Assembly (NCBI GenBank): GCA_963805625.1
Contig: CAWDVE010000021.1
Coordinates: 192,001 to 256,000 of the forward strand
DNA length: 64,000 bases
Origin: an uncultured Candidatus Rokubacteria bacterium
GTDB taxonomy: Bacteria > Methylomirabilota > Methylomirabilia > Rokubacteriales > DASRDR01
Direction of reading: 5' to 3'
This document shows positions 7,972 through 20,904 of this stretch, in pieces. Under the pieces are notes generated by a model that saw only the letters and a program-made list of their open reading frames with translations, did no database searches and was not told the DNA's origin. The position numbers and the translations under genes are program-made. Each line of letters starts with the position of its first letter. Positions within the stretch are counted from its first letter, which is position 1.

Positions 7972-8970
7972 TCACGCGAGTGGGAGGGTCGCGTGGGCGT
8001 TGAGCGCGAGGTCGGCCCGCTCGCCCGCGGCCAGGCGCGCGGCGCCGGCGGCGGCGATCATCGCCGCGTTGTCCGTGCAGAGCCGCGGGGGGGGCGCTGT
8101 CCAGCGGTAGCCGCGCTCGGCGCACTCGACCTCGAGGGCCTCGCGCAGGGCGCCATTGGCCGCGACCCCACCGGTGAGCAGAATGCGCCGGATCCCGAGC
8201 TCGCGGGCGGCGCGGATCGCTTTCCGGACGAGCATCTTGACGGCCGTCGCCTGGAACGAGGCGCACACGTCGGCGACGTCCCCGGGAGCCAGGGGCGCGT
8301 GCTGGCGGACGTACTGGCTCACGGCGGTCTTGAGCCCCGAGAACGAGAAGTCCGGCGCGCGGTCCTGGAACTGGGCGAGCGGGAACGCGATGGCCTTCGG
8401 GTCCCCCTCCCGCGCCGTGCGCTCCACCGCGGGGCCACCCGGATACCCCAGCCCGAGGAGCTTCGCGACCTTGTCGAAGGCCTCGCCCGCGGCATCGTCC
8501 CGTGTCTGTCCCACCAGACGGTAGCGGAGCGGGACCTCGCAGGCGTAGAGGGCCGTGTGCCCTCCGGACACGACCAGGGCCAGGAACGGTGGCTCGAGGG
8601 TCGGGTCCGCGAGGCGCCCGGCGAAGATGTGGCCTTCCAGGTGGTTGACCCCGACGAGCGGGAGCCGGTGCGCGTAGGCCAAGGCCTTGGCCACCGAGAG
8701 CCCGACGAGGAGCGAGCCCACCAGGCCGGGGCCGTGGGTCACGGCGATGCCGTCGAGATCCGGAAGCCGCATCCCCGCGTCATCGAGTGCCTGGGCCACG
8801 ACGGGCAGTACAACCTCGAGGTGCCGGCGTGAGGCCAGCTCGGGCACCACGCCCCCGTAGCGGACGTGGATCGGGTCCTGGGACTCGACGACGTTGGACC
8901 GCAGAGTCCCGTCGGCCAGGACGGCCGCGGCCGTCTCGTCACAGGAGCTTTCGATGCCGAGGACGACCAT
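7972..8970 (-). CDS. tsaD: tRNA N6-adenosine threonylcarbamoyltransferase
   Basis: VLGIESSCDET, GGVVPELASRRH, VNHLEGH, VSGGHT, TRDDAAGEAFDK, CTDNAAMI. Confidence 0.97.
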   Translation of the reverse strand: MVVLGIESSCDETAAAVLADGTLRSNVVESQDPIHVRYGGVVPELASRRHLEVVLPVVAQALDDAGMRLPDLDGIAVTHGPGLVGSLLVGLSVAKALAYAHRLPLVGVNHLEGHIFAGRLADPTLEPPFLALVVSGGHTALYACEVPLRYRLVGQTRDDAAGEAFDKVAKLLGLGYPGGPAVERTAREGDPKAIAFPLAQFQDRAPDFSFSGLKTAVSQYVRQHAPLAPGDVADVCASFQATAVKMLVRKAIRAARELGIRRILLTGGVAANGALREALEVECAERGYRWTAPPPRLCTDNAAMIAAAGAARLAAGERADLALNAHATLPLA

Positions 8971-9047
8971 GCGCGGGACGAGGACCGCCCGGCGGACCGG
9001 GGATCCGCGATCCCGGCCGGCGGCGCGCCCGGCCGGGATCCGTCGCT

Positions 9048-10295
9048 CTAGCCGGCCTTCGCGGTCGGCTTGGTCTTGTCGAGGATCCGGGACGCCTTCA
9101 GGATCTCGATCGCGCGCTGGAGCTGAACGTCCCGCTTCATCTGCTCCGCCTCGGACAGAGGCGGCGCGCCCGGCTTGGTCGCCGCGTCGTCCTTCGGCGG
9201 GTCGATGACGATGTCCGGCGTGATGCCCTTGCCGTGGATGGAGCGGCCCTTCGGCGTGAAGTAGCGCGCGGTGGTGAGCCGGAGCCCCGAGCCGTCCGCG
9301 AGCGGGATGATCGTCTGCACCGACCCCTTGCCGAAGGTCTGTTGCCCGATGACCACGCCGCGGCCATGATCCTGGATCGCCCCCGCCACGATCTCCGACG
9401 CCGATGCCGAACCCTGGTTGACGAGCACCACCAGCGGGACGTCCGTGATCGCGCGCTTCGCGTGGGCGGTGAAGCGCATGTTCTGGTTCCGCACCCGCCC
9501 CTCGGTGTAGACGATCAGCTTGCCGTCGCCGAGAAACTCCTCGGACACCTCGACAGCCGCCGAGAGCAGCCCGCCCGGGTTGTACCGCACGTCCACGATG
9601 AGACCGGCGAGCTTCCCGCCCTTGTCGAACTTCTCGACGGCCGCGACCAGATCCGGCGCCGTCCGCTCCTGGAACTGGCGGATGCGGACGTAGCCGATAC
9701 CGGGCTCGAGCTCCTGGGCCTTGATGCTCTGGACCTGGATGACCTCGCGCATGAGCCCGACCTCGAACGGCTCCCGGGTCCCGTCGCGCACGACCGTGAT
9801 CGTGACCTTCGTCCCCTTGGGCCCGCGCATCTTCTTGACCGCGTCGGCCAGGCTCATGTCCTTGGTCGCGAGTCCCTCGATCTTCACGATGCGGTCGCCC
9901 GGCTGGATCCCCGCCCGCCACGCCGGCGTGCCGTCGATCGGCGCCACGACGGTCAGCACGTCGTCGCGGACCGTGATCTCGATGCCGAGGCCACCGAAGC
10001 TCCCCGAGGTCTCGACCTGCATCTCGCGGTAGCTCTCCGGGTCCATGAACGAGGAGTGCGGATCGAGCGCCCGGAGCATCCCGCGGACGGCGCCGTAGAT
10101 GACCTCGCGCGGCTCGGTCTCATCGACGTACTGGTTCTGGATGATCGACAGCACGTCGGTGAAGAGCTTGAGCTGCTCGTAGGTGGCGCTGCGATCGACG
10201 CCCTTGGACGCGCTGGTGCCGCCTAGCGAGAGCGTCAGCACCGCCAGCACGGCTGCCGTCAGGAACACCTTGCCGACCGGCTTCCCCGCACGCAT
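9048..10295 (-). CDS. ctpA: Carboxy-terminal processing protease (S41, PDZ)
   Basis: LDPHS, FGGLGI PDZ, DVRYNPGGLL, SASASEIVAGA, TFGKGSVQ; ATG 10295 with AAGGAG RBS. Confidence 0.92.
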   Translation of the reverse strand: MRAGKPVGKVFLTAAVLAVLTLSLGGTSASKGVDRSATYEQLKLFTDVLSIIQNQYVDETEPREVIYGAVRGMLRALDPHSSFMDPESYREMQVETSGSFGGLGIEITVRDDVLTVVAPIDGTPAWRAGIQPGDRIVKIEGLATKDMSLADAVKKMRGPKGTKVTITVVRDGTREPFEVGLMREVIQVQSIKAQELEPGIGYVRIRQFQERTAPDLVAAVEKFDKGGKLAGLIVDVRYNPGGLLSAAVEVSEEFLGDGKLIVYTEGRVRNQNMRFTAHAKRAITDVPLVVLVNQGSASASEIVAGAIQDHGRGVVIGQQTFGKGSVQTIIPLADGSGLRLTTARYFTPKGRSIHGKGITPDIVIDPPKDDAATKPGAPPLSEAEQMKRDVQLQRAIEILKASRILDKTKPTAKAG

Positions 10296-10342
10296 GGCCG
10301 ACTCCTTCTCCGCGACGACCGAGTCGCGTCGATCCGGGTCGC

Positions 10343-11578
10343 TCATGGGCGACGCCGGAGCCAGAGCTGGGGGTCCTCCGCCCGGCTCTGGTAACGCACC
10401 TCGAAGTGCAGGCGCGGCCCCTCGACCGATCCGGTCTCGCCGACTCGGCCGATCAACTCGCCGCCCTTCACCTGGTCTCCCTCGTCGACCAGAAGCTGCG
10501 AGGCGTGGGCATAGAGGGTGTAGTAACCGTCCCCGTGATCCAGGACTAAGAGGTTACCATAACCCTTCAGCCAGCCGCGATACGCGACAGCCCCCGCCGC
10601 CACCGCGCGGATCGACGTCCCCTCGGGCGCCTCGATGTCGATGCCGGTGCGAAGGGTCTCGGTCCCGAAGCGCGGATGGGTCTCCCGGCCGAAGCCTGTC
10701 ACGACGCGACCTTCGGTCGGCCACGGGAGCTGGCCCCGCTCCCGCCCCAACCCGACCGCAGGGCTGGGAGTGGGCGCCGGGGTGGCGCGGGCGACCGCGC
10801 GCTGCGCGGGGGCGCGGCGCGCCAGGTTGCGCACCAGCGCCTCGAGCCGCCGCGCGGCGTCGGTCAGCTCCCCCGCCAGGCGCTCGTGCGTGGCGCGGTC
10901 CTCCCGGGTCTCGGAGAGCAGCGTGCGCCGTCGCTCCGCCTGCGCCGCGACCTGCGCCCGCTCCGTGTCCACGGCGCTCCGGAGCTCGACGAGCTCGCGA
11001 CGCGCCCGCGCCGCGGCTTCCTGGCGCGCGGTCAGGCGGTCGGCGGTGGCGTCGTAGCGCGTGAGCCGGTCCAGGTCATCGCGCGCGATTCCGGCCAGGT
11101 CGGCGACTGCGCGCTGACGCGCGAGCGTCGCCGCCCCCACGGCCCAGGGCGGCCCCGCGGGCGCCGTCGCGAGCCGAGCGAGCGTGTCGAGCCGCGCCGA
11201 GAGCGCGGCCTGCTGGCTCACGAGGTCCTCCACCACGCGATCTCGCCGGCCTTCGAGGGCGTCGAGCTCCGCCTCGACCTGGACGATGCGGCGATCGAGC
11301 TGCTGGAGCGCCCCACGCTTCTGGGTGAGGGACCGATCGATGCCCTCGAGCTCCGCGAGGAGCGAGATCTCTCGCCGCCGCGCCGCCGAGGCGCGCTCGC
11401 GAGCCTCGTCGAGTTGGCGGCGCACCTCGCCGAGCGCCTCCTGCTTGGCCTTGAGGTTCTGCCGGCCGGTCGGTGGCGGACCGGCGCGCGCGCTCGGGCC
11501 GGGGAGCTCGGCGCAAAGGCCGGCGAGCGCGAGCACGAGCAGGAGACTGGGAGGGACGCGTCGGCCGGACTGCCTCAC
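10343..11578 (-). CDS. envC: Murein hydrolase activator EnvC (coiled coil plus degenerate M23 domain)
   Basis: Signal peptide, long coiled coil, LPWPTEGRV...GYGNLLVLDHG...TLYAH; Zn ligands altered (RTGID, RLH) as in EnvC; follows ftsX; start approximate. Confidence 0.85.
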   Translation of the reverse strand: MRQSGRRVPPSLLLVLALAGLCAELPGPSARAGPPPTGRQNLKAKQEALGEVRRQLDEARERASAARRREISLLAELEGIDRSLTQKRGALQQLDRRIVQVEAELDALEGRRDRVVEDLVSQQAALSARLDTLARLATAPAGPPWAVGAATLARQRAVADLAGIARDDLDRLTRYDATADRLTARQEAAARARRELVELRSAVDTERAQVAAQAERRRTLLSETREDRATHERLAGELTDAARRLEALVRNLARRAPAQRAVARATPAPTPSPAVGLGRERGQLPWPTEGRVVTGFGRETHPRFGTETLRTGIDIEAPEGTSIRAVAAGAVAYRGWLKGYGNLLVLDHGDGYYTLYAHASQLLVDEGDQVKGGELIGRVGETGSVEGPRLHFEVRYQSRAEDPQLWLRRRP

Positions 11579-11589
11579 GTCCGCCCCGA

Positions 11590-12465
11590 TCAGGCGCGGC
11601 CGGCCGCGAGGGCGCCGACCAGCCCGAGCGCCGCCCCACCGCCGGTCAGGGTCGCCAGCCAGGAGGGCGGGAGGAGCGGGAGAGGATCGAGCCCCAGGAC
11701 CGCGCGGAGCCAGCTCCCGGTCCAGGGCGCGCCGGGCTCGGAGGCGAGGAGCAGCACCGCGAGCCCGAGGAGCGAGCCGAGCGCCGCCAGACCCACGCCC
11801 TGGAGCACGGGCGGCGCCGCCAGGCGGAGCTCCGGCACGCCGGCGAGGCGCAGAATGCTCACCTCCGCGGCACCCGCCCGCCGCGCGGCCAAGGTCGCTC
11901 CGGCGGCCCCGCTGAGCGCCGCGAGCCCGAGGACGGCGCCCAGGGCGAGGCCCCCGAGGCGAAACCCGCGCCGGAGCCGCTCGAGTGGCTCCACCCAACC
12001 GAGGGCCGCTTGCACCTCGGTCACCCCCGGCAGCCGATCGAGCGTCTCGACGAGCGCCTGGAGGTTATCGGCACCCATCGTCGTCGCCGGGGTGACCTCG
12101 AGCCGGGCGGGCAGCGGGTTCGACGGGAGGTGGTCCAGACCGTCCCCGCGCGGGCCGAGCAGGCGGCGGAGCTCGGCCAACGCCACTGCGGGCCCGACGT
12201 ATCGAACCTCCGCAACCCCCGGCAGGGCACGGGCTCGCGCGACGATACCGTCCGGCGCCTCCGGCCGAGTGCCCGCATCCCGCAGCACGACCACCAACTG
12301 GAGCTCTGCGCGCCACGCGGCCTCGGACAGGCCGAGCGCGAGATCTCCGGCCAGCGTTCCGCCCACCACGAGAACGGCAAGCGCGGAGAGCAGCACCGCG
12401 GCCGCGGCGGTCGCGCCGCCTCGCCGGCAGCCCCGGAGCGTCGCCCCGAGGAGGTAGCTAGACAG
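11590..12465 (-). CDS. ftsX: Cell division permease FtsX (start uncertain, possibly CTG)
   Basis: LPGVAEVRYV, NPLPARLEV, EVSILRLAG; four hydrophobic segments; between ftsE and envC. Confidence 0.8.
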   Translation of the reverse strand: MSSYLLGATLRGCRRGGATAAAAVLLSALAVLVVGGTLAGDLALGLSEAAWRAELQLVVVLRDAGTRPEAPDGIVARARALPGVAEVRYVGPAVALAELRRLLGPRGDGLDHLPSNPLPARLEVTPATTMGADNLQALVETLDRLPGVTEVQAALGWVEPLERLRRGFRLGGLALGAVLGLAALSGAAGATLAARRAGAAEVSILRLAGVPELRLAAPPVLQGVGLAALGSLLGLAVLLLASEPGAPWTGSWLRAVLGLDPLPLLPPSWLATLTGGGAALGLVGALAAGRA

Positions 12466-13138
12466 GATCGCCCTCGGGTCGGAGCCGCCCCGCTGCGAGC
12501 TGGAGCACCCGCCCGTCGAGCGCGCGGGCAAGCTCGATCGACTGGGTCGCGACCAGGCACGTGGTCCCTCGCAGCGGCAGACTCCGCAGGAGCATCCCCA
12601 CCATTGCGGACGCCGGCGCGTCGAGCATCGCCGTGGGCTCGTCGGCGAGCAAGAGCCGCGGCCGGGTCGCCAGGGCGCGGGCGAGCAGCACCCGCCGGCG
12701 TTCACCGACGGCGAGCTCGTGGGGGAGCGCGTTCCGCGCTGAGCCGAGCCCGACCTCGACCAAGGTGGCGAGGGCGCGTTCGCGCGCCTCCGCCCACCCC
12801 GTGCCGAGCGCGCGCAGGACGAAGGTCAGGTTGCCGAGCGCGGTCCGGTCCGGGAGGAGATGGCCGTCCTGGCAGACGACACCGAGGCTCCGGCGCAACC
12901 GGGCTAGGCCGCGCGCCCCGAGCGTTCCTACCTCCGTCCCGTCCACAAGCACGGTGCCTCGCGTCGGGCGCTCCTCACCGGTGACGAGGCGGAGCAGGGT
13001 CGACTTGCCAGCGCCAACCGGACCGACCAGGACGGCCAGCTCGGTCGGCTTGACCTCGAAGGAGAGGTCCGCCAGCGCCTCGACGCGCCCGCCCGCCGCG
13101 CGCCCGTAGACCTTGGAGACGCTACGGAGCTCCAGCAT
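12458..13138 (-). CDS. ftsE: FtsE-like ABC ATPase with degenerate motifs
   Basis: Walker A GPVGAGKST, LLLADEPT, LRRSLGVVCQD; upstream of ftsX-envC-ctpA; TATAAT at 13157-13152. Confidence 0.82.
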   Translation of the reverse strand: MLELRSVSKVYGRAAGGRVEALADLSFEVKPTELAVLVGPVGAGKSTLLRLVTGEERPTRGTVLVDGTEVGTLGARGLARLRRSLGVVCQDGHLLPDRTALGNLTFVLRALGTGWAEARERALATLVEVGLGSARNALPHELAVGERRRVLLARALATRPRLLLADEPTAMLDAPASAMVGMLLRSLPLRGTTCLVATQSIELARALDGRVLQLAAGRLRPEGDPV

Positions 13139-13241
13139 GGGGCCCACGGTCATTATAGGAACCGGGGTCCGCGGGCCCGCCGGCTTTTCTCGAGCCTGGT
13201 CCGACGGGGCCTCGCCGGAGGCGGGGTGGCGACGGCTCGGG

Positions 13242-14693
13242 TCAGCCGGCGCCAAGGCGCTCGGCGAGCAGCCGGTTGACGACCTGGGGATTGGCCTTCC
13301 CCTGGGTAGCCTTCATGACCTGGCCCACGAGGAAGCCCGCCGCCTGCTTCTTGCCCCGGCGGTAGTCGCCGACCACGCTCGGATGGGCGGCCACGACCTC
13401 GTCGATCACCCGGCCGATGGCGCCTTCGTCGGCGACCTGGCGGAGACCCTCCCGGCGCACGATCGCGTCAGGCTCCTCGCCGGTCCGGGCCATCCGCTCG
13501 AAGAGCTCCTTGGCCATCTTCCCGCTGATGGTCCCCTCGTCGACCAGCGCGATCAGCCGTGCGAGCGACGCGGGGCGCACGGGGAAGGTCACGACGGCTG
13601 CCGGGTCCCCCTTGAGCTCGCGCAGGAGCTCGGACCCGATCCAGTTCGCCAGGGCCTTCGGGTTCGCGTGGACGCGCACGGCCTCCTCGAAGTAGTCGGC
13701 GAGCGCCCGGTCGCCCGTCAGGAGCTCCGCGTCATGGAGCGGGAGACCGTACTCCCCCACGAGACGCTGGCGGCGCGCGCGGGGGAGCTCGGGCAGCTCG
13801 CGCTCGATCGCGGCGACCCAGGCCGCCTCGGGCTCCACGGGAACCAGGTCGGGGTCGGGGAAGTATCGGTAGTCATGCGCGTACTCCTTCGAGCGCATCG
13901 ACACGGTGACGTCCCGCTCCGGATTCCACAGACGCGTCTCCTGGACGACCCGCTCGCCCCGATTGAGCGCACGGGCCTGGCGCGCGGCCTCGTGCTCGAG
14001 GGCGTCCCGCACGTGGCGGAAGGAGTTCATGTTCTTGATCTCGACCTTCGTTCCGAGCTCGGTCGCCCCGTTCCGCCGGACCGACACGTTGGCGTCGCAG
14101 CGGAGCGAGCCCGCCTCCATGTTCCCGTCGCAGACCCCGAGATACCGGAGGATGGTCCGGAGGCTCCGCAGGTACTCGGCCGCCTCCACCGGGGACCGGA
14201 GATCCGGTCGCGAGACGATCTCCATGAGGGGGACTCCGGCTCGGTTGAAGTCGACCAGGCTCGCGCTCGCCGTCTCGAACACGCCGCCCTCGTGCGTGAG
14301 CTTGCCGACGTCCTCCTCCAGGTGCAGGCGCTCGATCCCGATGCGGCGCACCGCGCCGTCGAGCTCGATCTCCAGCCAGCCGTCCTCGGCCAGCGGCGCC
14401 TCGTACTGGCTGATCTGGTAGTTCTTCGGCATGTCGGGATAGAAGTAGTGCTTCCGGGCAAAGCGGCACACGCCGTTGATCCGGCAGTGGAGCGCGCGGG
14501 CGGTGCGGACGCCGAACTCGATGGCGCGGCGGTTGATGACCGGCAGGACGCCCGGCATGCCCTGGCAGACGGGGCACGTCTGGTGATTCGGCGGCGCGCC
14601 AAAGGCCGTGGCGCAGCCGCAGAACATCTTCGAGCGCGTCAGGAGCTGCGCGTGGACCTCGAGGCCAATCACCGTCTCCCAGGCGGAGCTCAT
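13242..14693 (-). CDS. gatB: Asp/Glu-tRNA amidotransferase subunit B
   Basis: [52 protein letters not shown]. Confidence 0.98.
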   Translation of the reverse strand: MSSAWETVIGLEVHAQLLTRSKMFCGCATAFGAPPNHQTCPVCQGMPGVLPVINRRAIEFGVRTARALHCRINGVCRFARKHYFYPDMPKNYQISQYEAPLAEDGWLEIELDGAVRRIGIERLHLEEDVGKLTHEGGVFETASASLVDFNRAGVPLMEIVSRPDLRSPVEAAEYLRSLRTILRYLGVCDGNMEAGSLRCDANVSVRRNGATELGTKVEIKNMNSFRHVRDALEHEAARQARALNRGERVVQETRLWNPERDVTVSMRSKEYAHDYRYFPDPDLVPVEPEAAWVAAIERELPELPRARRQRLVGEYGLPLHDAELLTGDRALADYFEEAVRVHANPKALANWIGSELLRELKGDPAAVVTFPVRPASLARLIALVDEGTISGKMAKELFERMARTGEEPDAIVRREGLRQVADEGAIGRVIDEVVAAHPSVVGDYRRGKKQAAGFLVGQVMKATQGKANPQVVNRLLAERLGAG

Positions 14694-16180
14694 GTCGGGT
14701 GCGCACCGGGGACGGGCGCCAGCTCCGGCCGGCGCCGCTGCGCGCCCGAGGCCGCCTCGTAGGCGCCCGCCACACGGAAGAGCGTGGCCTCGTCGAAGGG
14801 CTTGGCGATGACCTGGAGCCCGATCGGGAGCCCGGCGAGCGAGAACCCGCACGGGACCGAAATCGCCGGCACGCCGGCCAGCGGCGCCGGGATCGTGAAC
14901 ACGTCGTTTAGGTACATCGCGATAGGGTTGTCGGTCTTCTCGCCGATCTTGAAGGCGGGCGTCGGCGCCGTCGGCGACACGATCGCATCAACCTCGGCAA
15001 AGGCCCGCTCGAAGTCTCGGCGGATCAGCGTGCGGACGCGCTGGGCCTTCGCGTAGTAGGCATCGTAGTAGCCGGCCGACAGCACGTAGGTGCCCAGCAT
15101 GATGCGGCGCCGCACCTCCGGGCCGAAGCCTGCCGCCCGCGTGCCCGCGGTCATGGAGACGAGGTCCCGACCGTCGGCCACCCGGAGCCCGTACTTGACC
15201 CCATCGTACCGGGCGAGGTTCGACGACGCCTCCGCCGGCGCCACGATGTAGTAGGTGGCTACCCCGGCGTTGGTGTGAGGGAGCGACACCCGGCGGGTCC
15301 GGGCGCCAGACCGCTCCAGGACCCGGATGGCGTCGCGCACCGCGTGCTCGACCTCCGGGTCGAGCCCGGCGACGAAGTACTCGTCCGGGATGCCGAGGGT
15401 GAGGCCCTCGACGCCCTGGCCCAGGGCGGCCTGATAGTCGCCGACCGGCTCGGCCGCCGCGGTCGAGTCCAGCGGGTCCGCCCCGGCGATGGTCTCGAGC
15501 AGGAGCGCGGCGTCGCGGACGTCCTTGGCGAGGGGCCCCACCTGGTCGAGCGACGAGGCGAACGCGATCAGCCCGTAGCGCGAGACCCGGCCGTAGGTCG
15601 GCTTGAGCCCCACGACCCCGCAGAGGGCGGCGGGCTGCCGCACCGAGCCGCCGGTATCGGTGCCGAGGCCGCCGGCCGCGAGGTCCGCCGCCACGGCCGC
15701 CGCGGACCCGCCCGACGAACCGCCCGGGACCCGGTCGAGACCCCAGGGGTTGCGGGTCACGTGGAAGCCGGAGTTCTCCGTCGAGGAGCCCATCGCGAAC
15801 TCGTCGCAGTTGGTCTTGCCGAGGACGATGGCGCCGTCGCCGGCCAGGCGCACGATGGCGGTCGCGTCGTACGGGGGAACGAAGCCCTCGAGGATGCGGG
15901 AACCGCAGGTAGTGCGGAGGCCGCGCGTGCAGAGCACGTCCTTGATCGCGAGCGGCACCCCCTCGAGAGGCCGCAGTGGGTCCCCGCGCCGGAGCCGCTC
16001 GTCCACCGCATCGGCCTGGGTCCGCGCCGGCCCCGCCGCAACCGTCAGGTACGCGCCCAGCGTCTCGTTCAGCCGCGCGATGCGCCCGAGGTAGGCGTCG
16101 ATCAGGGCCCGCGCCGTGACGCGCCCGTCCCGCAATGCCTTCACCGTCTCGTGGATGGTGAGCCCGGTCCAGTCGGTCAC
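14690..16180 (-). CDS. gatA: Asp/Glu-tRNA amidotransferase subunit A
   Basis: Amidase signature [37 protein letters not shown]. Confidence 0.98.
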   Translation of the reverse strand: MTDWTGLTIHETVKALRDGRVTARALIDAYLGRIARLNETLGAYLTVAAGPARTQADAVDERLRRGDPLRPLEGVPLAIKDVLCTRGLRTTCGSRILEGFVPPYDATAIVRLAGDGAIVLGKTNCDEFAMGSSTENSGFHVTRNPWGLDRVPGGSSGGSAAAVAADLAAGGLGTDTGGSVRQPAALCGVVGLKPTYGRVSRYGLIAFASSLDQVGPLAKDVRDAALLLETIAGADPLDSTAAAEPVGDYQAALGQGVEGLTLGIPDEYFVAGLDPEVEHAVRDAIRVLERSGARTRRVSLPHTNAGVATYYIVAPAEASSNLARYDGVKYGLRVADGRDLVSMTAGTRAAGFGPEVRRRIMLGTYVLSAGYYDAYYAKAQRVRTLIRRDFERAFAEVDAIVSPTAPTPAFKIGEKTDNPIAMYLNDVFTIPAPLAGVPAISVPCGFSLAGLPIGLQVIAKPFDEATLFRVAGAYEAASGAQRRRPELAPVPGAHPT

Positions 16181-16184
16181 CGGC

Positions 16185-16484
16185 TCACTCCTCGAGGATA
16201 CGCGGCACCCGGAACTGCCCGTCCTGCGCGTCGGGCGCGTTCGCGAGCATGGCGTCCGCCGGATACGAAGGCCGCACCTCGTCGTCCCGCATGACGTTCA
16301 CGAGCAGGAGGACGTGGGCGGTGGGCTCGACGCCCGCCGTGTCGACGCGGCGGAGCTGCTCGACGTAGCCAAGGATCGCGTCGAGCTGGCTCCGCATCCG
16401 ATCCTTCTCGTCGGCACCCAGGGCGAGCCGCGCGAGTCGCGCGACGTGCTCGACCTCGGCCAGCGTGATCTTCACGTCGCTCAT
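16185..16484 (-). CDS. gatC: Asp/Glu-tRNA amidotransferase subunit C
   Basis: [11 protein letters not shown]...VDTAGVEPT...MRDD...NAP...FRVPRI. Confidence 0.95.
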   Translation of the reverse strand: MSDVKITLAEVEHVARLARLALGADEKDRMRSQLDAILGYVEQLRRVDTAGVEPTAHVLLLVNVMRDDEVRPSYPADAMLANAPDAQDGQFRVPRILEE

Positions 16485-16616
16485 AGTCGCCCTCGTGGCG
16501 GACCGATCGATCGGGGTGACGCCGGATCGCCCGGTGCGGCCGACCCGGGTACGGGACCCGGCCCGGCACGGGCCGCCCGGAGGCGGCAGCACCCGCAGGC
16601 CGGGCGTGCCCCGAGT

Positions 16617-18836
16617 CTACACCTCTTCGAGCGGGGCGTACTTCAGGAGGAGCCGCTTTCGGCCGACCGAGGCGAAGTTCACGGTGACCACGACGTCCCC
16701 GCCGTCCTTCTGGATGCCGGTGAGGATCCCATCGCCCCAGCCCGCGTGCCGGACGCGCGCCCCGACGCGAAACGGATACTCGTCGGCCGGGTCGGGGCCA
16801 GGATCCGGCCCGGGCTCCGACACGCGTCCGGGCCACGCCGCCGGCCGACCGAGGCCGGCCTCCGCGCGCCGGCTGCCGATCGGTACGACGGCGTCGGCCG
16901 GCATCTCGAGAAGAAAGCGTGAGGGCTCGCGCAGGCCCGCGTAGCCGCCGAGGCGGCGCTCTCCCGCGTACGACAGGAAGAGCCGCTCCTTCGCACGGGT
17001 GAGGCCCACGTATGCCAGCCGGCGCTCCTCCTCGATCCCGTCCTCGTCGTCCAGGGCGCGGCCGTGAGGGAAGACTCCCTCCTCCAACCCGGTGAGGAAC
17101 ACCGCGGGAAACTCGAGCCCCTTGGCCGAGTGAAGCGTCATCAGCGTGGCGGTGGGGCGCGCTTCCTGAAGCTCGTCCACGTCCGCGATCAAGGTGACGG
17201 AGTCCAGGAACCCCGCGAGGCCGCCGCCTTCCGGACGCGCGGCGAACTCCTCGGCGGCGACGATCAGCTCGTCCAGGTTCTCGAGCCGGCTCTCGGCCTC
17301 GGCCGTGCTCTCCCGGCGGAGGGCCTCGCGGAGCCCGGTGCCGTCAACGATCGTCGCCACCCGCTCGCCGAGCGGCCCCGGCGCGGCCGCCGCCGCCGTG
17401 AGCTGTCCGACCAGGCGCACGAATTCCCCGAGCGCGCGGCCGGCCCGGCCCCCGATCTCCGCGGACGCGCGTGCCGCCGTGGCCAGAAGCGGCGCCCCGG
17501 CGGCCGCCGCGAGTTCCTCGAGGCGGCCGAGCGTGGTCCGCCCGATCCCGCGCGGCGGAGCACCCAGGGCGCGTCGGAAGGCGAGGTCGTCCGCGGGGTT
17601 CGTGACGAGCCGGAGGTACGCGAGGGCGTCCTTGATCTCCCGCCGCTCGTAGAAGCGGACGCTGCCCACGATGTGGTAGGGGAGGCCCGCCACCCGGAAG
17701 GCGTCCTCCAGCACGCGGGACTGGGCGTTCGTCCGGTAGAGCACCGCGACGCCGTCGAGCGGCTGGCCGTCCCCGCGCAACTCGGCCACGGTCCGCGCTA
17801 CCCACAGCGCCTCCTCGGTCTCGTCCCGGGCCCGGAAGAGCCGCGCCGCTTCACCGCGCACGTTCTCGGTCCAGAGGCTCTTCTCCTTCCGCGCCTGGTT
17901 GTGCGCGATCACGGCCGCGGCGATCTCGAGGATCCGGCCCGTCGAGCGGTAGTTCTGCTCAAGGCGGACGACGCGACACCCCGGAAAGTCCCGCTCGAAG
18001 TCCAGGATGTTCCGGAGGTCCGCACCCCGGAACCGGTAGATGGACTGGTCGGGATCGCCGACGACGCAGAGATTCCGGTGGACGGCGGTGAGCTGGCGCA
18101 GGATTCGATACTGGGCGGCGTTGGTGTCCTGGTACTCGTCGACGAGGACGTACCGCCAGAGGTCCCGGTAGTAGTCGAGGACGTCCGGGTGCCGCGTGAA
18201 GAGCTCGACCGTCAAGCCCAGGAGGTCGTCGAAGTCGACCGCGCCCAGGGCCCGGAGCCGGGCCGCGTACCGAGTGTAGAGCCGCGCCACGTCGGCCTCG
18301 CGCGGCCCCCGCACGGTCTCCTCGACCGCCTCGGGGCCGAGGAGCTGGTTCTTGGCGCGCGAGATCCGGGCGATCGCCGCCGCCGGGCCGAGCACCCGCT
18401 CGTCGAGCCCGAGCTCCTTGTAGCACTCCCGCACGAGCGCGAGCCGGTCGTCCTCGTCGTAGATCACGAACGACCGGGGATACCCCAAGTGGTGGATCTC
18501 GGCCCGGAGCACGCGCGCGCACGTGGCGTGGAAGGTGGCGACCAGCGGGGGACGCCCGCGGCCGGGACGGGCGGCGAGAATCGCCGCCACGCGCTGCGCC
18601 ATCTCGCCGGCGGCCTTGTTCGTGAACGTGACAGCCAGGATCTGCCGCGGGTCCACGCCGCGGGCCACCAGGTACGCGATCCGCTGCGCGATGACGCGGG
18701 TCTTGCCGCTGCCCGCCCCGGCCAGAACGAGCAGGGGCCCGTCCACATGGAGGACCGCTTCCTGCTGGACCGGGTTCATCCCGGCGAGCAGCGCCGCGAC
18801 ATCGGGCTGGTCGTGGAGGTCTCGCGGCTCGACCAT
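16617..18836 (-). CDS. pcrA: ATP-dependent DNA helicase PcrA/UvrD
   Basis: LAGAGSGKTRV, VDEYQDTN, VGDPDQSIY, LEQNYRST, HSAKGLEF, EERRLAYVGLTRA, C-terminal Tudor-like domain. Confidence 0.95.
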   Translation of the reverse strand: MVEPRDLHDQPDVAALLAGMNPVQQEAVLHVDGPLLVLAGAGSGKTRVIAQRIAYLVARGVDPRQILAVTFTNKAAGEMAQRVAAILAARPGRGRPPLVATFHATCARVLRAEIHHLGYPRSFVIYDEDDRLALVRECYKELGLDERVLGPAAAIARISRAKNQLLGPEAVEETVRGPREADVARLYTRYAARLRALGAVDFDDLLGLTVELFTRHPDVLDYYRDLWRYVLVDEYQDTNAAQYRILRQLTAVHRNLCVVGDPDQSIYRFRGADLRNILDFERDFPGCRVVRLEQNYRSTGRILEIAAAVIAHNQARKEKSLWTENVRGEAARLFRARDETEEALWVARTVAELRGDGQPLDGVAVLYRTNAQSRVLEDAFRVAGLPYHIVGSVRFYERREIKDALAYLRLVTNPADDLAFRRALGAPPRGIGRTTLGRLEELAAAAGAPLLATAARASAEIGGRAGRALGEFVRLVGQLTAAAAAPGPLGERVATIVDGTGLREALRRESTAEAESRLENLDELIVAAEEFAARPEGGGLAGFLDSVTLIADVDELQEARPTATLMTLHSAKGLEFPAVFLTGLEEGVFPHGRALDDEDGIEEERRLAYVGLTRAKERLFLSYAGERRLGGYAGLREPSRFLLEMPADAVVPIGSRRAEAGLGRPAAWPGRVSEPGPDPGPDPADEYPFRVGARVRHAGWGDGILTGIQKDGGDVVVTVNFASVGRKRLLLKYAPLEEV

Positions 18837-18971
18837 CAGGAGTGTTTCGCGACGGCCCGACGCCGGAGCGAGATGGGCGCGTCTCCCGAGCGGTCACCGG
18901 CCGACACACGAAGGCTCACGAGGAGCCAGAGTACACCGGAAGCGCAGGCGCCGAGCGGACGCGCGCGCCGG

Positions 18972-20810
<1,839 letters not shown>

Positions 20811-20862
20811 CGCGCCATCACCTCACTCGGAGTGTCTTACCGCTGCTGCATCGCCGAGGATA

Positions 20863-20878
20863 AGCAACCCGCGTGCCA
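20863..20878 (-). promoter_or_regulatory. Sigma-54 (-24/-12) promoter upstream of glmS
   Basis: Minus strand TGGCACG-CGGG-TTGCT fits TGGCACG-N4-TTGCW with GG-N10-GC spacing; predicted +1 near 20852; SD GAGGTG at 20824-20819. Confidence 0.75.
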
Positions 20879-20904
20879 GCCCGGGGACGATCACCCCGCT
20901 CGCC

